In this document: positions 1 through 9,068 of the stretch, piece by piece
Layout: the number at the start of each line of letters is the position of its first letter
Position numbering within the stretch: the first letter of the stretch is position 1
Source of the DNA: Candidatus Marinacidobacterium sp.
GTDB taxonomy: Bacteria; Acidobacteriota; Vicinamibacteria; Marinacidobacterales; Marinacidobacteraceae
Direction of reading: 5' to 3'
DNA length: 64,000 nucleotides
Assembly: GCA_965204755.1 (NCBI GenBank)
Contig: OZ242011.1
Span: 1 to 64,000, forward strand
Made by a program: the position numbers and the translations under genes
Notes under the pieces: model-generated
Seen by the model: the letters and a program-made list of their open reading frames with translations, nothing else
Told to the model about the DNA's origin: nothing
Databases searched by the model: none

Positions 1-960
1 GAGCGGCGGGAGCGCGGCGTCCCGGAGCGGGTGATGCTGTTCCCGGCGGGCCGGGAGTTGGTGGGGCGGGACGGTCAGCGCTGGGTGTTCGACGCGGAGA
101 AGGCGCGGGACGCGACGGCGGCGAACCAGGCGCTGATCCCGATGGACTTCAACCACGCCACCGAGTTGAAGGTGAAGTTGGGGGAGGAGACGCCGGCGGC
201 GGGCTGGATCACGCAGGTGGATGTGCAGGAGGGGGCGCTCTGGGGGTCGGTGGAGTGGACGGACCGGGGCCGTTACGCGCTCCAGGCCCGGCATTACCGC
301 TACCTGTCGCCGGCGTTCCACTTCGACGCGAAGACGCGCGAGGTGGGGCGGCTGCACTCGGTGGCCCTGGTGAACAAACCGAACTTGCGCCTTCCGGCGC
401 TGAACCGCGAGGGGGGACCCATGGACGAAGAGACGACGGCCGGGACGACCGGCCCGGCGGCGGCCGGCGAGGCCGCCCCCCCGGCGGCGGGGCCGGAGAC
501 CGCCGCCGCGGCGAAGCCCCCGGCGGCCGCGGCGGGCGGCGCGCCGGCGCTGGCGTCGGAGGCGGCGCCGGACCTGTCGCGGTATGTGCCGCGGGCGGAC
601 TACGACCTGGCGATCGCGCGGGCCGCGGAGGCGGAGCGCCGGCTCTCGGAGCGGGCGCGGGCCGACCGGGACTCGGAGATCGAGTCCGAGGTCCGCTCCG
701 CGCTCTCGGCCGGGAAGATCGCGCCGGGGAGCGCGGACTACCACCGGAAGGCCTGCGCCGCCGAGGGCGGGCTGGCCCGGTTCCGGGAGTTCGTGGCCGG
801 GGCGCCGGTGATCGCCGGCCCGAGCGGGCTGGACGGCCGGAAGCCCGACGCCGGCGCGCCGGCGCTCAACGCCGAGGGCCGGCAGGTGGCGGCGATGTTC
901 GGGAACTCCGCCGAGGACCTCGAGAAGTTCGGCGGCCCGACGGCCGCCCGGGAGGGCTGA
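1..960 (+). CDS. Mu-like prohead protease/scaffold protein I (5'-partial; frame open from base 1)
   Basis: Motifs PMDFNHAT, PAAGWI, LWGSVEWT, YRYLSPAF, SVALVNKPNL typical of Mu gpI protease; Ala/Pro-rich helical C-terminal scaffold. Confidence 0.88.
   Translation, partial: ERRERGVPERVMLFPAGRELVGRDGQRWVFDAEKARDATAANQALIPMDFNHATELKVKLGEETPAAGWITQVDVQEGALWGSVEWTDRGRYALQARHYRYLSPAFHFDAKTREVGRLHSVALVNKPNLRLPALNREGGPMDEETTAGTTGPAAAGEAAPPAAGPETAAAAKPPAAAAGGAPALASEAAPDLSRYVPRADYDLAIARAAEAERRLSERARADRDSEIESEVRSALSAGKIAPGSADYHRKACAAEGGLARFREFVAGAPVIAGPSGLDGRKPDAGAPALNAEGRQVAAMFGNSAEDLEKFGGPTAAREG
421..960 (+). CDS. Nested scaffold protein (Mu gpZ-like) from an internal in-frame start
   Basis: ATG at 421 preceded by GAGGGGGG, right after the protease domain ends; Mu gene Z is nested in gene I in the same way. 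Confidence 0.55.
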   Translation: MDEETTAGTTGPAAAGEAAPPAAGPETAAAAKPPAAAAGGAPALASEAAPDLSRYVPRADYDLAIARAAEAERRLSERARADRDSEIESEVRSALSAGKIAPGSADYHRKACAAEGGLARFREFVAGAPVIAGPSGLDGRKPDAGAPALNAEGRQVAAMFGNSAEDLEKFGGPTAAREG

Positions 961-961
961 G

Positions 962-1354
962 ATGTTGAACCAGGACAGCCAGGCCCCGTCGCGCGACGGC
1001 CTGGTGATGGCGTTCCCGGTGAAGGCCGGGGCGACGATCCACGCCGGCGCCCTGGTGGTGCTGGACGGCGGCTACGCGAAGCCGGGCGCCAAGGCGGACG
1101 GCCTGGTGTTCGTCGGCCGGGCGCAGCGGCGGGCGGACAACGCCGGCGGCGCGGACGGCGCGGCGAAGGTGCTGGTGCAGCGGAAGCGGGTCTTCCGCTG
1201 GAAGAACTCGGCGGGCGGCGGGAAGGTGGCGCAGGCCGATGTCGGCGGCGCCGCCTACATCGCCGACGACGAGACGGTGACCAAGACCGCGGCCGGGGCC
1301 TCGAAGGCGGGGACCGTGCTGGCGGTGGACGACGACGGGGTCTGGGTCGAGTAG
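962..1354 (+). CDS. Capsid decoration/cement protein (DUF2190-like)
   Basis: 130 aa between protease and capsid genes; PVKAGATIHAGALV...ADN..GADG...GVWVE pattern. Confidence 0.65.
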   Translation: MLNQDSQAPSRDGLVMAFPVKAGATIHAGALVVLDGGYAKPGAKADGLVFVGRAQRRADNAGGADGAAKVLVQRKRVFRWKNSAGGGKVAQADVGGAAYIADDETVTKTAAGASKAGTVLAVDDDGVWVE

Positions 1355-1382
1355 GCCCGGCCGCGACGAGGAGACAACGCTC

Positions 1383-2294
1383 ATGCTCGTGAACCGGTCG
1401 GCGGTCGCGGAGGTCTTCCGCAACCTCACCGCCACCTTCAACAAGGCGCTCGCCGGGAACAAGGGCTCCGTGTGGCGGAAGATCGCCATGCGGGTCCCGT
1501 CCGGCTCGGCGGAGACGCTGCACCAGTGGGTGTCCCGCTTCCCGCAGATGCGGGAGTGGATCGGCGAGAAGGAACTGCAGCAGTTGCGGGCCTTCAAGTA
1601 CGCGGTCCAGAACAAGGACTTCGAGACGACCATCGAGGTCCAGCGGAACGACATCGAGGACGACAACCTGGGGATCTACGCCGCGCAGGCGATGGCGGCG
1701 GGGGAGTCGGCGGCCTGCCTGCCGGACGACCTGGTGATGGGCCTGGTGAACGACGGCTTCAAGGCGAAGTGCTTCGACGGGAAGACCTTCTTCTCGACGC
1801 AGCACCCGCACGCCGGGAAGGCGGCGTTCTCGAACAAGGGGACGAAGGCGCTGGACATCTCGACCCTGGACAAGGCGAAGGAGAGTTACGGCGCGGCGCG
1901 GACCGCGATGCGGTTGGCGCGGGACGACGCGGGGCGCCCGCTGAATGTGAACCCGACGATCCTGCTGGCGCCGCCGGCGCTGGAGGACACCGCGAACGCG
2001 CTGGTGACGGTGGACCGGCTCGAGGACGGGAAGGCGAACATCTACAAGGGCACCGCCACCGTGCTGTGCGATGCGCGGCTGACCTCGGCCACGGCGTGGT
2101 TCCTGATCGACGGCGGCCGCTCGGTGAAGCCGTTCATCTACCAGGAGCGGAAGGCGCCGAAGGTGGTGCAGTTGACCGGCATGGACTCGGATCAGGTGTT
2201 CCTGCGGAAGTCCTACCTGTTCGGGGCGGAAGCGCGGGCGGCGGGGGCCTACGGCTTCCCGCAGTTCGCCTACGGCTCGACCGGGGAAGCGTGA
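1383..2294 (+). CDS. Mu-like major head subunit gpT
   Basis: WRKIAMRVPS, FPQMREWIGEK, NKDFETTIEVQRNDIEDDNLGIY, CFDGKTFF, KPFIYQERK, YGFPQFAYGS; RBS GAGGAG. Confidence 0.92.
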   Translation: MLVNRSAVAEVFRNLTATFNKALAGNKGSVWRKIAMRVPSGSAETLHQWVSRFPQMREWIGEKELQQLRAFKYAVQNKDFETTIEVQRNDIEDDNLGIYAAQAMAAGESAACLPDDLVMGLVNDGFKAKCFDGKTFFSTQHPHAGKAAFSNKGTKALDISTLDKAKESYGAARTAMRLARDDAGRPLNVNPTILLAPPALEDTANALVTVDRLEDGKANIYKGTATVLCDARLTSATAWFLIDGGRSVKPFIYQERKAPKVVQLTGMDSDQVFLRKSYLFGAEARAAGAYGFPQFAYGSTGEA

Positions 2295-2416
2295 TGAAGC
2301 GGTTCTTCCGTCGGCTGTTCCGGGAGGCGGTCGCGATCTCGCGGGCGCATCCCCGGGGGGCCGCGCTGGTGTTCTTCGCCGGCGCGGTCTTCGGCTTCGC
2401 GCTGACCGGCTGCTGA
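2294..2416 (+). CDS. Small membrane peptide (40 aa), unknown function
   Basis: ATG overlaps the gpT stop (TGATG); MKRFFRRLFR...AALVFFAGAVFGFALTGC. Confidence 0.55.
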   Translation: MKRFFRRLFREAVAISRAHPRGAALVFFAGAVFGFALTGC

Positions 2417-2417
2417 G

Positions 2418-2546
2418 ATGTCGCGGGCGCGGAGCCTCCGGGGCCTGGCGGGGAATGTGCGGTTCGTGGCCCGGTACAAGACCGGGGCGGCGATCGTGCT
2501 GTTCGCCGCCGGGCTGTGGACCGGGCTCCTGCCCGCCCGCTGCTGA
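2418..2546 (+). CDS. Small membrane peptide (42 aa), unknown function; absent from the ORF track
   Basis: ATG 1 nt after the previous stop; MSRARSLRGLAGNVRFVARYKTGAAIVLFAAGLWTGLLPARC. Confidence 0.5.
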   Translation: MSRARSLRGLAGNVRFVARYKTGAAIVLFAAGLWTGLLPARC

Positions 2547-2559
2547 GGGGGCGCCCGCG

Positions 2560-2988
2560 GTGGGGAACCCCTACGCGTCCCCGGCGGACATCGCGGCGCA
2601 GTACGGCGCCGAGGCGCTGCTGCTGCTGACCGACCGGGGCGGCGACGGCGGGGCCGACGCCGGGGCGGCGGAGCGGGCGCTGGCGGACGCCGCGGCGGAG
2701 ATCGACGGTTACCTGGCGGGGCGCTACGAGTTGCCGCTGGAGCCGGGCCGGGCCGCGGCGCTGCGGCGGCCGGCGGTGGACATCGCGGTGTACCGGCTGG
2801 CGGCCGACGCCGCGACGGCGACCGACGAGCGGCGGCGCCGCTACGAGGACGCGAGGCGCTATCTGGAGCGGATCGCCTCCGGGGAGATCCGCCTGGGCGC
2901 TGACGCGCTCCCGGCTCCTCCGAGCGCGGCGGCGCTGCCGGCGCCGCGGCGGCGGTTCTCCCGGCGCTCGATGCTGGGCGTGTCGTGA
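2560..2988 (+). CDS. Mu gp36-like head-tail connector (DUF1320)
   Basis: YASPADI, ALADAAAEIDGYLAGRYELPL, DIAVYRL, RYEDA..YLERIASG; GTG start after GAGGGG. Confidence 0.85.
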   Translation: MGNPYASPADIAAQYGAEALLLLTDRGGDGGADAGAAERALADAAAEIDGYLAGRYELPLEPGRAAALRRPAVDIAVYRLAADAATATDERRRRYEDARRYLERIASGEIRLGADALPAPPSAAALPAPRRRFSRRSMLGVS

Positions 2989-3422
2989 GCGTCGCCATCC
3001 ACCTGGCGGAGCCGGTGGCGGAGCGGCTCGAAGGACTGCGGGAGCGGATCGGGGCGGGGCTCCCGCACCTGCTCGAAGAACTGGGCGAGGAAGTGGCGGA
3101 GCAGGTGGATCGCCGGATCCGGGAGGAGAAGGCCGCGCCGGACGGGACGCGCTGGCCGCTGTGGTCACCGCGCTACAAGGCCACCCGCCACGCCGGCCAC
3201 AGGCTGCTCATGGGCGAAGGCAACCTGATCGATTCGATCCAGCACTTCCTGACCGGCCCGGACACGGTGGTGATCGGCTCGCCGCGGGTCTATGCGGCGA
3301 CCCACCAGTTCGGGGACGAGGGCCGGGGGATCCCGGCCCGCCCGTTCCTCGGGTACTCGGCGCGGGACATCGACGACCTGAACGAGGTGATCGACGACTG
3401 GCTCCGGGAGCGGGCGGCGTGA
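2985..3422 (+). CDS. Phage virion morphogenesis protein (Mu gpG / tail completion)
   Basis: APDGTRWPL, GS.RVYAATHQFG, IPARPFLG. Confidence 0.85.
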   Translation: MSVAIHLAEPVAERLEGLRERIGAGLPHLLEELGEEVAEQVDRRIREEKAAPDGTRWPLWSPRYKATRHAGHRLLMGEGNLIDSIQHFLTGPDTVVIGSPRVYAATHQFGDEGRGIPARPFLGYSARDIDDLNEVIDDWLRERAA

Positions 3423-3952
3423 TCCCCCGGCTGCTCGCCGCGCTGACCGACGGCCTCTCGGCGAAGTTGCCGGCGCTGCGGGCCTGCGAGGCGCACCCGG
3501 GGCCGGTGACGCGGGAGGAGATCGCGCGGCTGTCGAAGCGGACCCCGGCGGTGCTGGCGGCGTGCGTGGGCGCGGCCGGGGTGTCGGAGGCCGGGGACGG
3601 ACGCCCGGACGCCGACCTCCGGCTGGCGGCCTTCGTCTTGGCCGGCGACCGGGGCGGCCTGCCCCGCGACCGGGCGGCGCTGGCGGCGGTGGAGGGCATC
3701 CTGGAATGGCTCCCCCGCTTCCACCCCGGCTCCGGGCTGCTCTCCGGCTTCCCGCAGCAGATCCGGGCGGAGAACCTGTTCTCCGGGAGCCTCGACCGCA
3801 CCGGGGTGGCGCTCTGGGCGGTGTCCTGGCGGCAGACGGTCCGGCTGGGCGCCCCGGGGCGTCCGCCGTCCACGCCGGTGCCGAAGGAGTTGTACGCCGC
3901 CGGCGCGCCGCTCCCGGCGGCCCCGGACGCGCCGGAACTGCTGGTGGCGTAG
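3419..3952 (+). CDS. Mu gp37-like tail terminator/completion protein
   Basis: GTGA overlap; TPAVLAAC, AENLFSG...GVALWAVSWRQ; position after gpG. Confidence 0.65.
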   Translation: MIPRLLAALTDGLSAKLPALRACEAHPGPVTREEIARLSKRTPAVLAACVGAAGVSEAGDGRPDADLRLAAFVLAGDRGGLPRDRAALAAVEGILEWLPRFHPGSGLLSGFPQQIRAENLFSGSLDRTGVALWAVSWRQTVRLGAPGRPPSTPVPKELYAAGAPLPAAPDAPELLVA

Positions 3953-3955
3953 CCG

Positions 3956-4627
3956 ATGGCCCCGATGCCCGGCGGCGGGCGCTCCGGCGGCCGCGCGCTC
4001 TCCGATCTCCTCCGCCGGTTCGCCGCCCTGGTGCGCATCGGCCTGGTCTGCGAGGCGGCCCCGGGGCGGGCGCGGGTCCGGGTCGCCTACGACCGGGACG
4101 CGGAGGGGCGCCCGGTGGAGAGCGGCTGGCTCCCCTGGCTCGCCCCGATGGCCGGGGCCGACCGCTCCTGGCGGGCGCCTTCGGTCGGCGAGCAGGTGGT
4201 GGTCCTGAGCCCGAACGGCGAGGCGGCCGCCGGCGTGGTGCTGGGCGGCCTCTACCGCTCGGAACTCCCGGCCCCCTCCGCCGACGCCGACAAGCACCTG
4301 CTGCGCTACCGCGACGGCGCGGTGATCGAGTACGACGCGGAGGCCCACCGGCTGGCCGCCGCGCTCCCCGCCGGCGCTTCGATCGCGGTCGAGAGCCCCG
4401 ACGGCGTGTCCGTGACCGGGGACTTCACCATCACCGGGGACCTCACGGTCTCCGGCGATGCGGCGGTCGGGGGCGACCTTTCGGCGGACGGCGATGTGAC
4501 CGCCGACGGCGAGGTCTCGGACGGGACGACGATCTCCGCGATGCGGCGGGTGTTCAACCGGCACGCGCACACCGTGCCCCCGGCGGGGGTTCCGCCGGGC
4601 AGCCCGATCCCGGCGGACCGGATGTGA
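3956..4627 (+). CDS. Baseplate spike/assembly protein V (P2 gpV-like)
   Basis: LVRIG, SGWLPWL, WRAPSVGEQVVVLSPNG, DGAVIEYD, beta-helix repeats, C-terminal HAH iron-binding motif. Confidence 0.9.
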   Translation: MAPMPGGGRSGGRALSDLLRRFAALVRIGLVCEAAPGRARVRVAYDRDAEGRPVESGWLPWLAPMAGADRSWRAPSVGEQVVVLSPNGEAAAGVVLGGLYRSELPAPSADADKHLLRYRDGAVIEYDAEAHRLAAALPAGASIAVESPDGVSVTGDFTITGDLTVSGDAAVGGDLSADGDVTADGEVSDGTTISAMRRVFNRHAHTVPPAGVPPGSPIPADRM

Positions 4628-4920
4628 CGGCCGCCTACCGCGTCCTCCGCCCGTTCCTGCTGGGCGGCCGCCGGCGCGCCCCGGACACGGAGATCGAACT
4701 GACTCCCCGGCAGGCCCGCTACCTGCTGCTCGACGGGCGGATCGAGCGCCTCCCGCCGCCGGCGAGTCCGGACGCGGGGGCCGCCCCCGCCGCGCCGCCC
4801 GCCGCCGAGGCGGGGGAGCCGGAGCCGCCGTCGGCGGCCGCCGGGGCCGCGGAACCGGATCCGGCGCCGGCGGCCGCGGAGCCGAAACCGCTCCCGCGCC
4901 GCGGGAAGAAGACCGCGTGA
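4624..4920 (+). CDS. Phage hypothetical protein with Pro/Ala-rich tail
   Basis: GTGA overlaps at both ends; YRVLRPF...IELTPRQARYLLLDGRIE. Confidence 0.6.
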   Translation: MTAAYRVLRPFLLGGRRRAPDTEIELTPRQARYLLLDGRIERLPPPASPDAGAAPAAPPAAEAGEPEPPSAAAGAAEPDPAPAAAEPKPLPRRGKKTA

Positions 4921-5261
4921 CCGGGATGGACGCGGCCACCGGCCGCCCGCTCCGGGGCGACGCCCACCTCCGCCAGTCGGTGGCCGACATCCTCCGCACC
5001 CGGATCGGCTCCCGGATCATGCGCCGGGCCTACGGCTCCCGGCTGCTCGACCTGGTGGACGGCCCGCTGAACCGGGGCACGCTGGTGCGGCTCTACGCCG
5101 CCACCGCCGAGGCGCTGGCCCGCTGGGAGCCCCGCATCCGGGTGACCCGGATCCGGGCCGAGGTGGGGAAGGGCCGGGTGGTGCTCGACCTGGAAGCGGT
5201 GCGCCGGGCCGACGGCGCGCCGGCGGCGGTCCCGGGGATCGCGGTCGAGGGGGCGGCGTGA
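4917..5261 (+). CDS. Baseplate wedge protein W (GPW/gp25 family)
   Basis: GMDAATGR, HLRQSVADIL.T.IGSRIMRRAYGS, RWEPRI. Confidence 0.92.
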   Translation: MTGMDAATGRPLRGDAHLRQSVADILRTRIGSRIMRRAYGSRLLDLVDGPLNRGTLVRLYAATAEALARWEPRIRVTRIRAEVGKGRVVLDLEAVRRADGAPAAVPGIAVEGAA

Positions 5262-6088
5262 CGCCCCCGGACCTCTCCAAACTGCCCCCGCCGGAGGTGG
5301 TGGCGCAGCCGGACTACGAGACCGTCCTCGCCGCGCTGACGGCGGAGTTCCGGGAGCGCTGGCCGGAGTACGACGCCACCGTGGAGTCCGACCCGGTTCG
5401 GAAACTCCTCGAAGTCTTCGCCTGGCGGGAGACCGTGCTCCGCCGCCGGGTGGCCGACGCCGCCCGGGCGGTGATGCTGGCCTACGCCGGCGGCGCCGAC
5501 CTCGACCACCTGGCGGCGCTGCTCGCGGTGTCCCGCCGCGCCGGCGAGAGCGACGAGGAGTTGCGCGACCGGGTGCGCGGCGCGCCGGGCGCCGCCTCCA
5601 CCGCCGGCCCCGCCGCCGCCTACCGCCACCACGCCCGCGCCGTGCCGGGCGTGGCCGACGCCGGCGTCTCCTCGCCCGCCGCCGGGACGGTGCGGGTCGT
5701 CGTCCTGGGGACCGCGGCGAGCGGCGTCCCGCCGCAGCCGGTGCTCACCGCGGTCTCCGCCGCGCTCGGCGCCGACGAGGTGCGCCCGCTCACCGACACC
5801 GTGCAGGTCCGGGCGGCGGCCATCGTCTCCTACGACCTCACCGCCGAACTGGAGATCGCCGACGGCCCGGACGCCGGGGCGGTGCTCGCCGCGGCGGAGG
5901 CCTCCGCCCGGGCCTACGCGGCGGAGCGCGGCGGGCTGGGACAGGGCGTCCCCCGCAGCGGCCTCTACGCCGCGCTCCATGTGGGCGGGGTCGAAGGGGT
6001 GACCCTCACCGCCCCGGCGGCGGATGTGGCCGCCACCGCGGCGCAGGCCGCCCGCCTCGACGAACTCACCCTCACCAAGGCGGCCTGA
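5258..6088 (+). CDS. Baseplate assembly protein J (P2 gpJ-like)
   Basis: DLSKLPPPEVV, ESDPVRKLLE, MLAYA.GADLD, STAGP..AY..HA, VRPLTDTV. Confidence 0.92.
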   Translation: MTPPDLSKLPPPEVVAQPDYETVLAALTAEFRERWPEYDATVESDPVRKLLEVFAWRETVLRRRVADAARAVMLAYAGGADLDHLAALLAVSRRAGESDEELRDRVRGAPGAASTAGPAAAYRHHARAVPGVADAGVSSPAAGTVRVVVLGTAASGVPPQPVLTAVSAALGADEVRPLTDTVQVRAAAIVSYDLTAELEIADGPDAGAVLAAAEASARAYAAERGGLGQGVPRSGLYAALHVGGVEGVTLTAPAADVAATAAQAARLDELTLTKAA

Positions 6089-6092
6089 CCCG

Positions 6093-7127
6093 GTGGAACC
6101 CGCCGCGCTGCTCCCGCCCTCCGCCGGGGCGCTGGAGCGGGCGCTCGACCGCGCCGCGGTCCGCGCCACCGCGATCCCGGCGCCGCTGCGCTCGCTCTGG
6201 CGACCGGCGCCCCCGGAGGGGCCGGAGCCCGAGCCCCCGCCGCAGGTGTGGACCGCCCCGGTGACCGCGCAGGGCGACGAAGGCGACGCCGGCGTCCGGT
6301 TCCGCGTCGAGTACGTGGAAGCCATCCACTACAAGGGCGTGCGGCTCCTGTCCGCGAACCACGGCGCCCTCCCGTCCTTCGACGGCGGCGACCCGGAGCC
6401 CCTCTACCCGTACCGCGTGGATTTCCGGGCGTCCGGCCCCGTCTGGGTCGTCCTCTCGGACAGGAGGGGGGAGTCCCGTCAGCGGGAACTCGCTCCCGAC
6501 CGCGAGCGCGCCTACCGGCTGGCCATCCGCCACCACGACACCCGCCGCGGCTGGGACTTCGCCTTCGCCGACGACCTGGAACCGGGCCACAAGTACGGGT
6601 TCGCCTTCGCGGACTACGCCCTGGTGCGAGCCCTGTCGGAGACCGACCGGACCTTCGACCTGGCGATCTACGACCCTCTCCGGCTGCGGCAGGAGCCGCC
6701 CGGGCTCGAAGTCCCGAACGCCTGCCCCGAGCGCCTGCTCCCCTGGCTGGCCTGGGCGCTCGGGGTCTCCGCCTGGAACCCGGACTGGCCGGAGGCGGTG
6801 CGCCGCCGCGCCATCGCCGGGGCCTTCGCCCGCGCCCGCGCCGGCGGCACCCGCGCCGCCCTGCTCGAAGTCCTCCGCTCCATCGACGCCATCTTCACCA
6901 TCACCGAGCGCCACGCCGGCCCCTTCACCTGCAAGGTGGAGATCCACAACTCCGTCGCGCTCGACGCCGCCGACCTCGCCGCCGTCGAGGCCCGCCTCGC
7001 CCCGGTCTGGCGGGCCTCGGTCACGCGCACCGTGGTGCTGACCCAGGGGTTCGCCGCCGAGTTCGTGGTCGCCTCCGGGGTCGGCTACGCCGCCGCCGCC
7101 GTCGCCTTCCTCCAACTCGAGGTCTGA
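6093..7127 (+). CDS. P2 gpI-like tail/baseplate protein with a ~170-aa inserted domain
   Basis: LLPPSA..LERAL...PLRSLWRP, then an insert, then CPERLLPWLAWALGV..W..DWPE; GTG at 6093. Confidence 0.82.
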   Translation: MEPAALLPPSAGALERALDRAAVRATAIPAPLRSLWRPAPPEGPEPEPPPQVWTAPVTAQGDEGDAGVRFRVEYVEAIHYKGVRLLSANHGALPSFDGGDPEPLYPYRVDFRASGPVWVVLSDRRGESRQRELAPDRERAYRLAIRHHDTRRGWDFAFADDLEPGHKYGFAFADYALVRALSETDRTFDLAIYDPLRLRQEPPGLEVPNACPERLLPWLAWALGVSAWNPDWPEAVRRRAIAGAFARARAGGTRAALLEVLRSIDAIFTITERHAGPFTCKVEIHNSVALDAADLAAVEARLAPVWRASVTRTVVLTQGFAAEFVVASGVGYAAAAVAFLQLEV

Positions 7128-7132
7128 CCCCG

Positions 7133-9052
7133 ATGGCCTTCCGCCTCCGCCTCACCGCCGCCGGCAAGGCCAAGTTGGCGGACAGCGCCAACGCCGGGCT
7201 GCGGGCGGTGACGGTGTCCCGGATGGGCATCGGCGACGGCAACGGCCCCGGAACCGAAGCCGACGCCTCCCCGCGCACCGCGCTCCGGAACCAGCGGGAC
7301 ACCGCCGCCGTCGCCGGCACCGCGACCAACTCCGCCGGCCGGCTGGCGGTCCGCGCCGACTTCGCCGCGCCGGCGGCGGGCTACAAGATCACCGAGGCCG
7401 GCCTGTTCGCCAAGGTCGGCGCCGGGGCGGAGTTCCTGCTCGCCTACTGGGCGGCGCCGGACGACGCCGGCGCCATCGCCCAGACCGCCCCGGGCGTCCG
7501 CCTCACCCTCGCGGCCATCCTGGACATCGGCGACGCCGACTCCGATGTCTCGGTCACCGTCGCTTCCACGGTGGCGCTGGCCTCGCCGCCGGACGACGCC
7601 TCCGAGTCCGGGCGCGGCATCGTGGAACTGGCCACCGCCGTCGAGGCGACGGCGGGCGCGGACACCGAACGGGCGGTCACCCCGGCGGGGCTGAAGACGG
7701 CGCTGGAGAGCGCGGCCCGCAAGGCCACCGCCGCCACCCGCGGCCCGGTGGAACTGGCCACCGCCGCCGAGGCCCGGACCGGAACCGACGCCGAGCGCGC
7801 GGTCACCCCGGAGGGCCTCGCCGCCGCGCTTCAGAGTGCCGACCAGAAGGCCACGGCGGAGCGCCGGGGTGTCCTGGAACTGGCCACTGGCGCCGAAGCG
7901 CGCGCCGGAGCGGACGCCGAGCGGGCGGTCACCCCGGAGGGCCTCGCCACCGCGCTCCGGAGCGCCGACCAAAAGGCGACGGCCGCCCGCCGGGGCACGG
8001 TCGAACTCGCCACAGCAGACGAGGCCAGTACCGGCGCGGACGCCGAACGCGCGGTCACCCCCGCCGGTCTCGCCGCCGCGCTGCAGAGCGCCGCCCAGAA
8101 GGCCACGGCCGCCCGTCGCGGGGTCGTCGAGTTGGCCACCGCCGAGGAGGCGAAGACAGGAACGGACGCCGAACGCGCGGTTACGCCTGCCGGGTTGCGC
8201 GCGGCCGTCAACGAGTTCGCCCCCATCGTCATCACCGCCTCGAACCCCGCCTACCGCTGGAATCGCAACGCCACCAAGGCGCTGGTCATCGTCTGGGGTG
8301 GAGGGGGAGGATCGGGCGGAGGGGGAGGCGGCGGTGGTGGAGGGGGGCACGTCAACTACGGCGGCGGTGCCGGCGCGGGCGCCGGCGGCGCTGCGGGCAC
8401 CGGTGGCGCCGGCGCCGACGGGACAGCGGGCGGAGTCGGATATGCCTCCGCGCACGGCGAATCCGCGACCGGAGGGGGCGGAGGGGGAGGCGGCGAGGCC
8501 GGCGCTGATGGTGGTTCCTCCAGCGTGTCTCTCGGACCGAAAACCGTCGTTGCCCTCGGTGGCCGCGGCGGGTCTGGCGGTGGCGGCGCTGGCGGGGGGG
8601 ACGCCCAAGATCGGGAAAGTCCGTGGAATTACGGCCCCGGTGGCGGGGGGGGAAGAGGTGGACGGAGCGGAGACGAGAAATATGTGGAAGGCGGCCGGAG
8701 TTCCCGAAACGACGGGGTCCATGCGAACGCTCGCGGCGGGTCTGACGACGCGCTCGGCGGCGGTGGAAACGGTGGTGCCGGCGGCAGGACGATCGGAGGA
8801 AGGGCCTGGTTCGGCGGGAGCGGCGGAAGGGGTTACCCCGGCCAGCGTTCGCAGACGGTCAGCGATGTGCTGACCGGACTGAGCAGCGCCAGCAGCCTGG
8901 TCGTCGCCATCGGGGCCGCCGGCAGCGGTGGAAGCGGGGGCGGCGGCGGAAAGAGCGGGAGAGGCTCCGCCTACAGCCGCGGAAATGGCGCCGACGGCGC
9001 CGACGGCGCGGACGGGGCAGCCGGTCGCGTGATCCTGATTCCCATGGCCTGA
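7133..9052 (+). CDS. Tail fibre protein (P2 gpH-like N-terminus, five 42-aa fibre repeats, glycine-rich tip)
   Basis: LTAAGKAKLA..MGIGDGNG...ITEAGLF N-terminus; RGxVELAT..E...G.D.ERAVTP repeats; WGGGGG...GRVILI Gly-rich domain. Confidence 0.85.
   Translation: MAFRLRLTAAGKAKLADSANAGLRAVTVSRMGIGDGNGPGTEADASPRTALRNQRDTAAVAGTATNSAGRLAVRADFAAPAAGYKITEAGLFAKVGAGAEFLLAYWAAPDDAGAIAQTAPGVRLTLAAILDIGDADSDVSVTVASTVALASPPDDASESGRGIVELATAVEATAGADTERAVTPAGLKTALESAARKATAATRGPVELATAAEARTGTDAERAVTPEGLAAALQSADQKATAERRGVLELATGAEARAGADAERAVTPEGLATALRSADQKATAARRGTVELATADEASTGADAERAVTPAGLAAALQSAAQKATAARRGVVELATAEEAKTGTDAERAVTPAGLRAAVNEFAPIVITASNPAYRWNRNATKALVIVWGGGGGSGGGGGGGGGGGHVNYGGGAGAGAGGAAGTGGAGADGTAGGVGYASAHGESATGGGGGGGGEAGADGGSSSVSLGPKTVVALGGRGGSGGGGAGGGDAQDRESPWNYGPGGGGGRGGRSGDEKYVEGGRSSRNDGVHANARGGSDDALGGGGNGGAGGRTIGGRAWFGGSGGRGYPGQRSQTVSDVLTGLSSASSLVVAIGAAGSGGSGGGGGKSGRGSAYSRGNGADGADGADGAAGRVILIPMA
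7613..8205 (+). repeat. Five 126-bp tandem repeats encoding tail fibre repeats
   Basis: Units start at about 7613, 7739, 7865, 7991 and 8117. Confidence 0.9.
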
Positions 9053-9068
9053 GGAGGGCCGCACAACC

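Noticed and set aside
6207-6716. Intein in gpI
   Set aside because: No N-terminal Cys/Ser, no C-terminal His-Asn before Cys/Ser/Thr, no LAGLIDADG motifs; Pro-rich linkers fit a domain insertion
7133-9052. Diversity-generating retroelement or invertible tail-fibre cassette
   Set aside because: No reverse transcriptase or invertase, no adenine-specific template/variable repeat pair and no second inverted fibre tip in the window
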